This document shows positions 28,501-38,257 of a stretch of 64,000 nt of DNA, piece by piece (positions within the stretch are counted from its first letter, which is position 1; each line of letters begins with the position of its first letter). The stretch comes from a virus. The stretch covers positions 75,565 to 139,564 of IMG/VR virus record IMGVR_UViG_3300024262_000015. One strand, 5' to 3'. A program made the position numbers and the translations under genes. The notes beneath the pieces are model-generated. The model did not search any database. It was not told where the DNA came from and was given only the letters and a program-made list of their open reading frames with translations.

Positions 28501-31037
28501 CTGGAAATCCTTCGTTAGTTGTGATTCCGGAAATTGTAGAGGCTTCTGTAGGGTCTGGAGATATCATTGATTGGGCGATATGTGTGAACCAAGAGGGCAA
28601 CTTCGAGACTCATATTATTACTCCTACCAAGCAACAATTCTTAGCTTCTTTGCCTGCTGGTGGGCCTTCATTTTATGTTCAATCTTTTACCTTTAGTGAA
28701 TTGGTTGATACAAGAAGGGATTTGGTACCGATTGCAATTGTTAATGTGACCATTGCATCTACAACTATCAATTCGGTTTCTGATGCTAGACGGTTTGTTC
28801 ATACAGAAACGTTCAATATACCTTTTACATTTAGTACAGAAAATGGGTCTAGCAGTTTTAATAGTTTGGAGCAGCTAACAACATGGTTACGGATTTATAC
28901 TGCTGGTCATCGTGAGGTAAAAATAGTTGGCAAGCATTTGATTACAGACCATTTGAATTGGACCAACCTTCCGCCCTTTACGATTGTGGGAGAAGGGATT
29001 GGGCTATATGCGGATTCTGGATCTGGCTATACGGTATCTGATTTTTCTCAATTAAAGTTTGCTAGTGGCAAGATTTTGTTTTTAGATGGAACGAGTATAA
29101 CGGCTAGGAATTTGACTTTTCAGTTTGATGTTGAAACCCCTGTAGCTGTTGATCTTGGGGCTGGAAGCGAAAATAGACCTGTGCTTTTTGAAGATGTAGA
29201 ATTTGTTTTCTTGGGTTCAAATATAGGGGTAAATTTAGCGAGCTATTCTGAGTTTAACCGATGTCGTTTTGATTGGAGCATGAGCAGTCCAAGTGGGGGC
29301 GGCTTTATTGAGGCGTTAGGTGGGGGTTGTTTATATAGGAGAACAGATAATCAAGAGGTTTTTGATGATGCTAGCATAACTAATTGTAGATTTATAAGCA
29401 GAGTTCAAGATCGTTATCCGTTTATTTCTTTAATTCAAAATAGTGTTGGGATTGCTACAACTACAATTTTTAATTCTAATATTGTAATTACTGGAAACTA
29501 TTTTGAAAGCAAGGGAGTATCAGTTAGTCGGGCTGCGGTAGCTCTCGTTCGCCCTCTTTCTAATAGTGCTAGGGGCGGGTTTAGAAGTTGCATTATTTCT
29601 AATAACGTTGCGGGTCAAGATCAGGGAATTTACATTACTAGTACTTTCCAGCTTAATGGAAACTTTGGATACCTTCAAGCGCAACAAGTTACGATAGATG
29701 GTAACAGGTGTGGTCGTATTGGATATTATGTAAGAAATCTAGATCAGGGCCATGATCTTCTTAGGATAGCCAACAATTTTTGTACCTTTATTGGCAACCT
29801 TGATGCTGATGGGTTGGCGAGCATAGATTTATCCAACAATACTTCTGCCCTAGGTGTTGTGAGGATTGAGGGTAATGCTTGTAATTGGATTCAGTGTTTT
29901 AATGGAGGTGGCCAGGCTGGGGATCAGATAAGGAGCAAGGTTATTATTACTGATAACTCGCTTAATGCCGCCGACCCAGCTTATTTAATTAATCTTAACA
30001 GCGCCACAGTTACTCTTCTAAATGATGGCATTTCTATTCAAGACACGAATGATGAGATAGCATTATTGGGAACCAATGCTATTGTTCAAAACAACCAATT
30101 ATCAACAGGTCAGGGAGGGTTGTTTTTTACAGATCAGTATTATAAGCGAGGAATATTTTGCAGTGGCGCGTATATAAAGAATAATATTGTTGATGGTTTT
30201 TCGGCCGAGAGTGGTGCAGTAGGGATTCAAAACATGGCGTTCGGCGCAGTTATTGGAAATGAGGTTCGATTTGGTGCGCCTTCAAATAATGAGACAATTG
30301 GAATTCTATCATTTGTTTTTGTTCAAATTTCTGACAATCAGCTTTTTAGAGGAACACAAGATATCGAGCATTATATTAATATAGGCGGTCTTTGTAATGT
30401 AGTAGATAATGCTTTTGATAGTCCTTATATTAATATTCTTAATACAGATCTTAATGTTATTGGGATAGTGGGGGCGCCTGGTGGAAGTATAGTTGAAAGA
30501 AATATAAATCAAACAGTTAATGCATTTATTAGTGGGTCGTTAGGAACCAAATCAATAGGGTTTGTTTCAGGTAATGTTTTGTTTGATACTATTACTGGGT
30601 TACCATCAGATGTTCAAATAGAATTAATTCCCCCTACAGTTAGTACCTCAGAAACTTTAACTTTTCAGGTATCTTCAGGTAGTAAGCGCACTTTTGATTG
30701 GACTATTCCATTAAGTGAAGTTATCCCGTATGAAGTCAAATTGTTGAGCTTGCAGTTAACTTATACCCTTTCTACCATTTTGGATGCGGGAGAAATTAAA
30801 GTCACCCTGGCTCCAGCAAAAGGGGGCACGATTATACAATCAACCTTGGACCTGGCTGGGTTGCCTGCGGGTACAGCTACTTTTGATGTACCAACTCCTC
30901 CTGCTTCTTTTGTTTCTTCGTACCACAAGTTGGCAGATCCTTATGTTCTTAAAATTTCTGCTCAAACAGATCACTCTATAGGAATGACCTTAACCTTACG
31001 CAATGTATCTTTTACTTATAGATGGACGCCTGTATAA
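25578..31037 (+). CDS. Large fibre-like virion protein with C-terminal right-handed beta-helix (3 DGY)
   Basis: 1819 aa; N-terminal MTRYPNGIDD..AIETTLG; repeated I-x-x-N ladders (IVITGNYF, IISNNV, TIDGNRC, RIANNF, IITDNSL). Confidence 0.7.
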   Translation: MTRYPNGIDDDATLPRVDNNLTQISGLAINSLRSAVFAIETTLGANPQASAASVAARLNKSLNPDGSIRGSALQSAGLASLPIDNNQVGVNAGIEESKLKLNFSTISLHTLILANIASIDSVSDLSEENRCNLRLHIQGAVHLLDGITLARHVASQIDLNAVPFDPRDPSYIWPGLRNRYGDLRPATQVASALLEINEDLIDHLNRILDAHPATAIVVDTSNFSEIPKTATNAQLAFQALDDQDRLTMGVHRANMHVNGIPRWTRSTTLEEDSLNFDGYNVLIVPPTTVQAYLYGPPPSANPVDSTTDGDDVIEFFPDNTGNEFDEKFTKVRSGDILYINYGNGLSARWIVESYRFVPGSQWFARINGVNLAEAEGIASIYRPKFDRNVYGVLAVAPANNDITTSVRASAIVGDPRGANVLGNGFEASELDAEHYNLWLVIYPTGNPEDLTIPLSAIDVTGNAGATPGAYTLDSVVRTTNNALRAKGFNYRFIAYERDGEFGLMLADSINSVSFSIISGEVVGGVLVESSFVKNVIGDASRGGNPSDGFDALGLGSAKGGFAGVPFGQPYSSALEAASFPTEVIPALKFRNYVVNGIRRDDFAPTPFAGYSEDDGYFAIEDGYWVGTLISRNAISGSATYEIPIDLRSVELRPGGTIVIQPTVPWTTGGLNNADYGRFILESVTYGDPCPPVVAKMTLTVLNADMDGVGSDPTLPVRIYWNESTVGFDALNMVDTASVIVYKRWFQIFIDDEGNTFSHERCRFPIQVEGAVLAEDLGTALWKTEDVSAKLRGFNSGAAQAKFFVRFQITAYDNATGEFSGWLGEPDGATGIKNTGQLVTSKKNTKTRFYDNSNVDFIELEYVDVAGSSPVTTGVPRFVDIEIFDSLSRDQEVFYIGSCELTDGNNRIDAAQDQRELGSVSEENFTDSAVAFVEAGDRVLHDNGIIRGFAAVQDLVEPTQVKADGGFAVVNGSVVAGNPSLVVIPEIVEASVGSGDIIDWAICVNQEGNFETHIITPTKQQFLASLPAGGPSFYVQSFTFSELVDTRRDLVPIAIVNVTIASTTINSVSDARRFVHTETFNIPFTFSTENGSSSFNSLEQLTTWLRIYTAGHREVKIVGKHLITDHLNWTNLPPFTIVGEGIGLYADSGSGYTVSDFSQLKFASGKILFLDGTSITARNLTFQFDVETPVAVDLGAGSENRPVLFEDVEFVFLGSNIGVNLASYSEFNRCRFDWSMSSPSGGGFIEALGGGCLYRRTDNQEVFDDASITNCRFISRVQDRYPFISLIQNSVGIATTTIFNSNIVITGNYFESKGVSVSRAAVALVRPLSNSARGGFRSCIISNNVAGQDQGIYITSTFQLNGNFGYLQAQQVTIDGNRCGRIGYYVRNLDQGHDLLRIANNFCTFIGNLDADGLASIDLSNNTSALGVVRIEGNACNWIQCFNGGGQAGDQIRSKVIITDNSLNAADPAYLINLNSATVTLLNDGISIQDTNDEIALLGTNAIVQNNQLSTGQGGLFFTDQYYKRGIFCSGAYIKNNIVDGFSAESGAVGIQNMAFGAVIGNEVRFGAPSNNETIGILSFVFVQISDNQLFRGTQDIEHYINIGGLCNVVDNAFDSPYINILNTDLNVIGIVGAPGGSIVERNINQTVNAFISGSLGTKSIGFVSGNVLFDTITGLPSDVQIELIPPTVSTSETLTFQVSSGSKRTFDWTIPLSEVIPYEVKLLSLQLTYTLSTILDAGEIKVTLAPAKGGTIIQSTLDLAGLPAGTATFDVPTPPASFVSSYHKLADPYVLKISAQTDHSIGMTLTLRNVSFTYRWTPV

Positions 31038-31133
31038 AATTAGCCAAGGAAACCTGTGAACTGGAAGATAACTAGTCTTGTGCTGTAGGTAGTCACAAAG
31101 CTATGCAACTAAGACTTATAAAGCATCGTATAG

Positions 31134-31925
31134 ATGGCTACCGGCACTCTTTATTATACGGATTTATTTCAGCTAAATAATGTCGTCCAAAACACTCTTC
31201 TTACTTTTCCAAAAGAAGTGGCTATCGATCTTTTAAGAGATGAATTTAATAAAGATAGCTACTTTCATTTTGTAAGAGATGAGTGGGGATTTGTAAAAAC
31301 CCCAAGCCTTCTTGGTGTTCCATCTGAGGCTGGGCTTCATGATGATGAGACAACAAGAATTTTTATTGCAGAGAAATGGCGGTTTAACACAATCTTTTAT
31401 CCGGCTGTTTTAGTTTCTATGGGCAACATGGATTCTACTCCTCTTTCTTTTAATAGGGATAGAGGGACTGTTCAATGGGAGGCAGTAAGGGTTTATGATG
31501 GGTATGGGAATTTTAAAAATATTTTTACTCCCAAAGCTTTTCTTTTTAATGGAGCTTGGCAGGGATCAATTAATGTAGATGTTTGGACGCGAGGAATTCG
31601 GGCCAGAGATGAAATTGTAGAATTTATTTCTTTAGCTTTTGTAGATATTCTTGAAAAAAGATTATGGAAAGCTGGTGTTTTTATTAGGGGTCTTAAAATT
31701 AGTGCACCTTCGGAAGGGGATGATTTAAATGAAAAACTTTATAAGCAAACAATTACTGTAGATATTCGAACAGAATGGGCTAGAGCCATACCTGTTCAGA
31801 GTGTTTGTGATGCAATTGCCTTGTGTGTGGAGTTTGGAGTTCTCGATCCACCACCCCCAAGAATAGCGCCTAATTTGACTATTAGAACGGATGTGAATTT
31901 GCTTGATAAACTTGAAAGTCTTTAA
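31134..31925 (+). CDS. Putative tail terminator/completion protein (1 DGY)
   Basis: YPAVLV..GSINVDVWTRGIRARDEIVEFI..LYKQTITVDIRTEW pattern; directly before the sheath gene. Confidence 0.65.
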   Translation: MATGTLYYTDLFQLNNVVQNTLLTFPKEVAIDLLRDEFNKDSYFHFVRDEWGFVKTPSLLGVPSEAGLHDDETTRIFIAEKWRFNTIFYPAVLVSMGNMDSTPLSFNRDRGTVQWEAVRVYDGYGNFKNIFTPKAFLFNGAWQGSINVDVWTRGIRARDEIVEFISLAFVDILEKRLWKAGVFIRGLKISAPSEGDDLNEKLYKQTITVDIRTEWARAIPVQSVCDAIALCVEFGVLDPPPPRIAPNLTIRTDVNLLDKLESL

Positions 31926-32013
31926 ACAAAAAAAATACATGCACTAACAAGACATTAGATTGGTTAGTAGGAATATTAACGTATTTTTTCGAACTTTGTA
32001 AGCGAGGAGAGGT

Positions 32014-34494
32014 GTGGGCGCAAATTTCCCAGGAGCCGGAAATGCATTACCTGATAGTTATGTAGAAATTGTTACTCGAAGTCGGGGCGCTAGTGTTCCC
32101 AGTGGAAACCGTTTTGCGGTTATCATGGGGGAAGGGCAGCGAGAACTGATTTTAGTAACATCTGCATTGGGTGGTGGCAATGATGGTCTTGACGGTCCCG
32201 GTGGCTTAGCGCCGCCTTGTACAACCGAGAGTGGTTCAGATGGGCGTCACTTCCTTCTTCCGGACGCACCTCTTATATCTAACAGAACTTCTATTATCAA
32301 AAATGGAATTCCTTTAGCAGTCCTTGAAGGGCCAATTAATACTCAAGGGTTTGATTCAGATTTTGGAGCTAAAGTAGATATAGCTACTGGCTGTGTTGAG
32401 CTTCAAGCTGCTCATATTGTTGATCAGGGCGGCCAAGAGTTTCAACCTGCTTCTAACAACATTGGCAATGGAACGCTTAGTGCCCTTGAGCTAGTAGATG
32501 ATAATGCTCCTACTGAAACTTGGACTGTTCGGTGTTCTAGTGTACGAAGAGATGGGTACGGCAATCCCATTGATGGCTATGCTAAGTTTATTGCTAATGG
32601 AACCGTGTCTGGTTTCATTTTAGATGGTTATGGACAACAGATTGTTTGGACCTCTAACGGCTCTCTTCTTTCTAATGGCATACTAGAATTTGCGGTGGAT
32701 GAAGGCGCAACTCCTTTTGAGGAAGGAGATAGTTTTGTTATTTTTGTTCAAGGAGGAGCTTTAAATGAGGGAGATACTTTATCGGCTCAATACATAGCGG
32801 TCATAGATATAAATGATCCGGTGTTTTTTACCGACATGGATAACTTTAGAAGTTTCCATGGTGCTCCAACAATTAACAATACTTTAGCTTTAGGGGCTCA
32901 GATTCTTATGCAAAATGGAGCCCCTGGTTTCTTTGCACTACAGACTGCCCCTCCATTGCCTCGGCGTCAGTCTGTTGTTTTAGTTGAGGATGCGCCAGGA
33001 GAATCTGATCTAGAAGATTTAGAGTTTCCGTTGCCGTTAAATCTTGTACCGGATGCGGACTTAAATATTAACTTCTTTATTACTAATCCAGTAACAAATA
33101 AAGAGACGCAGATTATTCCTAATAAAGTTCCTTTTTATAATCCAATTTATAATACTACTCCTGCAGCCTTTGTTTTTGGACCAGACGTGTTCTCTTATAC
33201 AGTAGTAGAAACCGTTCAGGTTACAAAGCAAGGGGTAGATGGAGTTCTTACTACCTTAACCCCCTTAACTGCCAAGATGTCGTCAGTAACGGTAGGGTTT
33301 GATGCGGGGGATACTGGCTTTGATATCCAGCTTTTCAATTCTACTAACCCCGCTAATGATGGTGTCTTTACAGTTACTGGAGTTCTAAATGGTGAGCTTC
33401 AGATCTCTAGGACTTCAGGAAGCTTTATAGGAACTGAGACGAGTGTTGATTTCCGTCTCATTAATCCTAATCCGCTAGTTAAGAGCACAAAGATTTTGTT
33501 TACCCAAGATTTGGCTTTGGACGCGGGTGAAAAGCTTAGGGCCACAATTGTTGATGTTAAAGATGCAGATTTCTTTGATGTAGGTTGGACTAACGCTTAT
33601 GCTTCGGCTGAAAAGATTGAGGTGGACATGGTTGTTCCCCTTCCTCGCCAAACCATAAGTGCTATTTTTCAGAACGGCAAAACCCACGTTCGTAAAATGA
33701 GTACCATTAAGAATAAGCATGAACGAATGCTTTTCATTGGTGCCATTAAGGGACTGGATCCGGCTGAGATTATCGGAACCCAGTTAGCAGCAGTAGAAGA
33801 TATTGGTATTCTTGAAGGAATTCAGGGAGATGATATTGCTGAAATTCTGGCTGGAGATAATGAGGATTTAACCAATTATAGTATCTACGATAATTTTGGA
33901 AACACCTTTCGCGTTGTTTACATGTATCCGGATGAGGTAGTGGTTCAGGCTGGGGCAAACCGTCTATTGCTGGATGGTTTTTATATGGCTCCAGCAGCAG
34001 CAGGGTTTTTTGCTGGAACATCAAATGTAACCATTCCACTAACACGCAAAAACTTAACGGGCTTCCAGCTTCTTAGGAACATGATTTTCCCGCCCATTAT
34101 TCTAGAAGAAATTGCTGCAGCGGGCGCGTGTCTTATGCAGCCTATTGCAGGTGGTGGGGTTTGCTTGTGGGGAAGAACTACAACCGCCAGTGGGTTTGCT
34201 GAAGAGGAAGAAATTAGCATTGTCTTTATTCGTGACCGCATTGCTAAAATTCTACGGGCTGCCTTTAGAGGCTTTATTGGTCAGCCAGAAAGTCCAGATT
34301 TTGGTTCAACCTTAGCGGCCAGGATTAATAGTGTCCTCATTGCGCTGACCACTCGTAGGCTTATTACTCGATTTACAGATGTAGTTGTTCAAAGAGATCC
34401 GGTTGAGCCAAGGCAATGGAACATAGGGGTAAGCGTCCAACCGACCTACCCTGTTAACTGGATTTATATAAGGGTAGATCTAGGGCTCATCTAA
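32014..34494 (+). CDS. Tail sheath protein (3 DGY)
   Basis: N-terminal LPDSYVEI; C-terminal WGRTT..EEISIVFIRDRIAK..FIGQP..VQPTYPVNWIYI; RBS GAGGAG. Confidence 0.9.
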   Translation: MGANFPGAGNALPDSYVEIVTRSRGASVPSGNRFAVIMGEGQRELILVTSALGGGNDGLDGPGGLAPPCTTESGSDGRHFLLPDAPLISNRTSIIKNGIPLAVLEGPINTQGFDSDFGAKVDIATGCVELQAAHIVDQGGQEFQPASNNIGNGTLSALELVDDNAPTETWTVRCSSVRRDGYGNPIDGYAKFIANGTVSGFILDGYGQQIVWTSNGSLLSNGILEFAVDEGATPFEEGDSFVIFVQGGALNEGDTLSAQYIAVIDINDPVFFTDMDNFRSFHGAPTINNTLALGAQILMQNGAPGFFALQTAPPLPRRQSVVLVEDAPGESDLEDLEFPLPLNLVPDADLNINFFITNPVTNKETQIIPNKVPFYNPIYNTTPAAFVFGPDVFSYTVVETVQVTKQGVDGVLTTLTPLTAKMSSVTVGFDAGDTGFDIQLFNSTNPANDGVFTVTGVLNGELQISRTSGSFIGTETSVDFRLINPNPLVKSTKILFTQDLALDAGEKLRATIVDVKDADFFDVGWTNAYASAEKIEVDMVVPLPRQTISAIFQNGKTHVRKMSTIKNKHERMLFIGAIKGLDPAEIIGTQLAAVEDIGILEGIQGDDIAEILAGDNEDLTNYSIYDNFGNTFRVVYMYPDEVVVQAGANRLLLDGFYMAPAAAGFFAGTSNVTIPLTRKNLTGFQLLRNMIFPPIILEEIAAAGACLMQPIAGGGVCLWGRTTTASGFAEEEEISIVFIRDRIAKILRAAFRGFIGQPESPDFGSTLAARINSVLIALTTRRLITRFTDVVVQRDPVEPRQWNIGVSVQPTYPVNWIYIRVDLGLI

Positions 34495-34521
34495 TAGGGG
34501 CGTATCTAATAGAAGGATAAA

Positions 34522-35163
34522 ATGGCCATAACTGCTAATACAGGATCGATAGTTCAAGGCCCCGAGGGGGAAAGCGTTACACGTACTTCTGTAAGTACAA
34601 ATATAATTATTGAAGTAGATGGAAATAAAATTGGCGCTGTTAAAAACCTTTCGGTGACGGAAGCTCGAAGTGTATCAATGATTGATGAAGTAGGAACAGA
34701 TGGTCATATAGACTCTGTGCCGAATAAATCAACTGACATTAGTGGAAGCTGTAAGAGAACTCGTTTTGGTAACTTAAGAATTGCCGCCGCATTTAGCAGG
34801 CCTTTTATTCATGCGGCCTCTCAGCGTATTCCTTTTGATATTATCATTAAGGATATTTTTGCGTCAGAGGCAGATTCCACTACCTTGACTACTGTTATCA
34901 AGAATGTTTGGATTACTCAAATTAGTTATCAGTATCAAGATACAGACTTTGTTATTGTGGATGATATGAATTGGCAGGCTGAAGCAATTTACTCTACAAT
35001 GGGTCCGAATAGTGGTGCCGTTCCGATTCCGGGTGGCCCGATTGGTAGTCGAGACATGCCGCTTACAGATCTTAATCCGATTGAACAGGCAACTGATAAG
35101 GGCGATTTCCGTGGTGCTCTTACGGCTGGTGGCCTTTTGTTCGCAATTGACGAAACTGCTTAA
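34522..35163 (+). CDS. Tail tube protein
   Basis: Follows sheath; IIIEVDGNKIGAVKNLSVTEARSVSMIDEVG..PFDIII..TVIKNVWITQ. Confidence 0.85.
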   Translation: MAITANTGSIVQGPEGESVTRTSVSTNIIIEVDGNKIGAVKNLSVTEARSVSMIDEVGTDGHIDSVPNKSTDISGSCKRTRFGNLRIAAAFSRPFIHAASQRIPFDIIIKDIFASEADSTTLTTVIKNVWITQISYQYQDTDFVIVDDMNWQAEAIYSTMGPNSGAVPIPGGPIGSRDMPLTDLNPIEQATDKGDFRGALTAGGLLFAIDETA

Positions 35164-35201
35164 GGTCGTCTGATATATCCTTTAAGTAGAAAGGAATATC
35201 T

Positions 35202-35840
35202 ATGGCCGGTATCAGAAGCACACTAGGAACAACCAAAGGAACAGGAACGTCTATGCCCAATTTTCGGGTGGAGGATGAAACTGAGGCGCTAGATGAAATA
35301 TCAAAGCCTCTTCCTGCTAAAGCCGTCCAACAGCCTCAAGAGTTTAAGAGCTATGAAGAGGTTCAGAGGTTTAGAGAACAGCATACGAGCCAGCCTTCTG
35401 TTGCGCCTGATGCTAGAAAAAGAATTGAGCTTTTATTAGGCATTGGAAAGCTAAACAAAGAGGTTGTTGTAGGGAGTGGCAAAGAGAAAATTACATTTTC
35501 TCTAAGGACATTAAAAAATAAAGAGAACGCATCTTTAATTGGGCTAGGTACGAGGGTTCAAGATGGAGATATTAAAGCCTTTTTAGAGCTTAAGATTAAT
35601 ACCTTGGCTTTTGCTATTGAGAGCGTAGAGGGTATTCCTTTAGATGTGTTCCTAGGACTTGCGGGACAGACGGAAGAAGATAAGCTTGCTATTAAGCTAG
35701 GTTTTTTTGATGATATGGAAACCAGTATTGTGAGCCATTTATATGAAGAGTTTTCTGCTCTATCTCAAGAGAGCGGAAAACAATATGGTATTACGACTCT
35801 TGAAGATGCCGAGCAGGTTAGCGGTGACCTAAAAAAATAG
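35202..35840 (+). CDS. Tail assembly chaperone (G)
   Basis: Between tube and tape measure genes; ends in slippery A AAA AAA TAG. Confidence 0.8.
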   Translation: MAGIRSTLGTTKGTGTSMPNFRVEDETEALDEISKPLPAKAVQQPQEFKSYEEVQRFREQHTSQPSVAPDARKRIELLLGIGKLNKEVVVGSGKEKITFSLRTLKNKENASLIGLGTRVQDGDIKAFLELKINTLAFAIESVEGIPLDVFLGLAGQTEEDKLAIKLGFFDDMETSIVSHLYEEFSALSQESGKQYGITTLEDAEQVSGDLKK

Positions 35841-36205
35841 CCAAGGAAACCGAGCAGCAATTTCTCTTTTTCCTATGTCAAGTATTCAGAAAATTGCCAA
35901 GTGATCCGTTCATTCAGGATATGGATCCGCTTATTAAGATGTGGTTCTTGGAATGTTGGCGTGGGGAACAGGAAATACAGGCTGATAAAAGGCGAAATTT
36001 AGGCATCCTTGTAGGCGCATTCACTAATCCTGAAATGGCTCGCAAGATGACCGAAGAGCCTATTACTACTTCAGATGAGGATTTTGAGGCGTCTACTCAG
36101 GAGTTCCTTGATGATGAAAAGCGCGTTAAAACCGAGGCTCTTCTAGAAAAAGAGAAGAGCAAAAAACGGATTTCACGACGTAAGAAAAGAAGAAGAGTAA
36201 TATAA
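35837..36205 (+). CDS. Tail assembly chaperone -1 frame extension (GT)
   Basis: -1 frame open from the A7 run: IAKETEQQFLFFLCQVFRKLPSDPFIQ.., continuous with track ORF 35894-36205. Confidence 0.8.
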   Translation: MAKETEQQFLFFLCQVFRKLPSDPFIQDMDPLIKMWFLECWRGEQEIQADKRRNLGILVGAFTNPEMARKMTEEPITTSDEDFEASTQEFLDDEKRVKTEALLEKEKSKKRISRRKKRRRVI

Positions 36206-36206
36206 A

Positions 36207-38243
36207 ATGGCAGAAATACCCCCCGGTACAAAGGTAAATGTATCTCCAGATCTTTTGAAAACGCTTCTTGGCACCACCAAAGAAGCAAAAGCATCTACCG
36301 ATGCGATCAAGGATTTAAATGATGCGGTGGGGCAGTTCAAAAATGTGTTTAGCGTTTTGGGGTTGGAAAAGTTTACTTTAGGTTTCGAAGATTTAGGAAC
36401 GGCATTAAAAAGTATACCAACTGTTATCGGACATCTTGATGCTGCCTTTAAGCTGCTACCACGTCATGGGGCTGAGATTGGAAACCTGACTACTGGAATA
36501 AAAACTTTTGGCACAAGTTTAAAGGGGGCAGGAGATGATGTAGCCTTTACTCTACAAAAAATAGGAGCCCTTACAGGTTTGGGCAAAGAACTGACTGATA
36601 ATTATATTGAAGCAGCCGATCATGCGAATCAATTTAAACTAATGCAAATCAGTTTAGCAGCAGCCAGTGGGACTACAGCAGAGTTTTTTGGTAGAAATAA
36701 TGACAATCTTAAAACTTTAGATCAAACTACCCAAGGATTTCTTAACTCAACTATAGAGGTAGCTGCTGCTCAAGGATTACTTGCACGAGATTTGCAGCCA
36801 GTAGCGGCTGAGCTTTATAAAATTCCGGGAGCCCAAGAGGAAGGCATTAGGGTTGGGAATGCTTTTAAATTTAATCAATTAGAAATGGCAGCCTCTCTAG
36901 GACAAGCATTTGGACAGGACCCTAAAAGTTTTGCTAACCTTATGGTAAAGTATCATCGAACTTTGGGGACTACAGGAAAGGATGCGGTTAAGATTTTTGG
37001 TTCCATGGCCAAAGCTGCGAATGAGGTTGGTATTCCAATGGAGCTACTAATTAAGCAGGCCGACGATATGACTGTAGGAATGGAGTATGTAGGAGGATCT
37101 TTTGAAGATGCCGCTGAAATGGCTGCTCTCTTTAAAAAAGGTATGCCAAATCTGAGCGTAGAAGCGGCAGTTAATTTTGGGAAATCCCTATCTTCCGGAA
37201 TTGCTAAGCTTGACATGGATCAGTTATTTGAGCTTTCGGGGTTGTTGGGGCGATCTACAAGCGCTCGTTCTACTCTTCAATTAAGAGAAGACCTAAGAGG
37301 ACCCGAAGGTTCAGCGGGCAGAGTAAAAATCTTGGAAGAAATTCAGTCCCGGATAACTCAGATGGGCCCCATTCTGACCGGTAAGGAAGCTATTGATGCA
37401 GGAGAAGGGGCCTCACAGCTTTTAAATCAACAGCGCTCTTATTTATTGAAGATTGCTGCCCTCACCAAACAAGACCCTCTCCAGGTTGAGGCTTGGTTAG
37501 AGCTTATGGCTAAAGGAAAAACCTTTGCCCAAGCCGTGGCGGAGGCGAAAGAAGGCACTGAAGAAGGAGGCCGAGATAAAGATATTCTTGAGTTTATGGA
37601 GAGAGGAAAGGCTACTGGGGCAGCGATGGCTACTGTGCTAACGACCGGAGCCCAAGAGCAAGAGCGCCAATACTATGCCCATATGATGGAGGCTAATAAG
37701 GTCTTACAAAACCTTACAAAAAGTTTTTTAGATTTGGGGGGTGCGACTAACTCTTTGGTAAAAGGTTTAACCCGAGAAGGAGGGATGACGGTAGATTCAG
37801 GTGTAACTTATGGGAAGGGCGCCAAGTCCATGGAAGATGATCTATGGAAGGAGAAGACTGCTGGGGGAAAAATAATTGAAGCCGTAATTAACGCTTTTAA
37901 AATTCCTGGTTTGGAATCTAAAACACCTTCTACTACCGCTGCTTCTTCTGATCAAGATGTGACAAGACAGGCTCTTACTCAATCTATGAAAGATCAAGAG
38001 GCTAATGCTGCTGCTATTGTTGCTGCTCAGTCTTCCCTTCCCCAAGGAAACGCAGTGGTTTCAGAGCTACAGAATTTAACAAAGGCTTTTCAGACAGCTT
38101 CAACCCAGCCTATTATAGTAAAGGTAGAGATTACAAATGCAGACGGGACGGTTACTCGAAAAGAGGTTCAGGGAATGATTGAACAGAATGCTGCTGGAGC
38201 GGATAGTCAAAACCAAGCTGGAACAAATGCAGGTGCGCAATAG
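36207..38243 (+). CDS. Tape measure protein
   Basis: 678 aa, A/G/L-rich helical protein directly after the G/GT chaperone. Confidence 0.75.
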   Translation: MAEIPPGTKVNVSPDLLKTLLGTTKEAKASTDAIKDLNDAVGQFKNVFSVLGLEKFTLGFEDLGTALKSIPTVIGHLDAAFKLLPRHGAEIGNLTTGIKTFGTSLKGAGDDVAFTLQKIGALTGLGKELTDNYIEAADHANQFKLMQISLAAASGTTAEFFGRNNDNLKTLDQTTQGFLNSTIEVAAAQGLLARDLQPVAAELYKIPGAQEEGIRVGNAFKFNQLEMAASLGQAFGQDPKSFANLMVKYHRTLGTTGKDAVKIFGSMAKAANEVGIPMELLIKQADDMTVGMEYVGGSFEDAAEMAALFKKGMPNLSVEAAVNFGKSLSSGIAKLDMDQLFELSGLLGRSTSARSTLQLREDLRGPEGSAGRVKILEEIQSRITQMGPILTGKEAIDAGEGASQLLNQQRSYLLKIAALTKQDPLQVEAWLELMAKGKTFAQAVAEAKEGTEEGGRDKDILEFMERGKATGAAMATVLTTGAQEQERQYYAHMMEANKVLQNLTKSFLDLGGATNSLVKGLTREGGMTVDSGVTYGKGAKSMEDDLWKEKTAGGKIIEAVINAFKIPGLESKTPSTTAASSDQDVTRQALTQSMKDQEANAAAIVAAQSSLPQGNAVVSELQNLTKAFQTASTQPIIVKVEITNADGTVTRKEVQGMIEQNAAGADSQNQAGTNAGAQ

Positions 38244-38251
38244 TATAGTAT
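38239..38251 (+). promoter_or_regulatory. Candidate late promoter AAT-N6-GYAT
   Basis: AAT AGTATA GTAT, 6 nt before ATG 38258, no SD. Confidence 0.55.
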
Positions 38252-38257
38252 ATTGTT

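Noticed and set aside
31041-35851. Identical 14-mer TAGCCAAGGAAACC at 31041 and 35838
   Set aside because: Several 14-nt matches are expected by chance in 64 kb, and there is no shared flanking context
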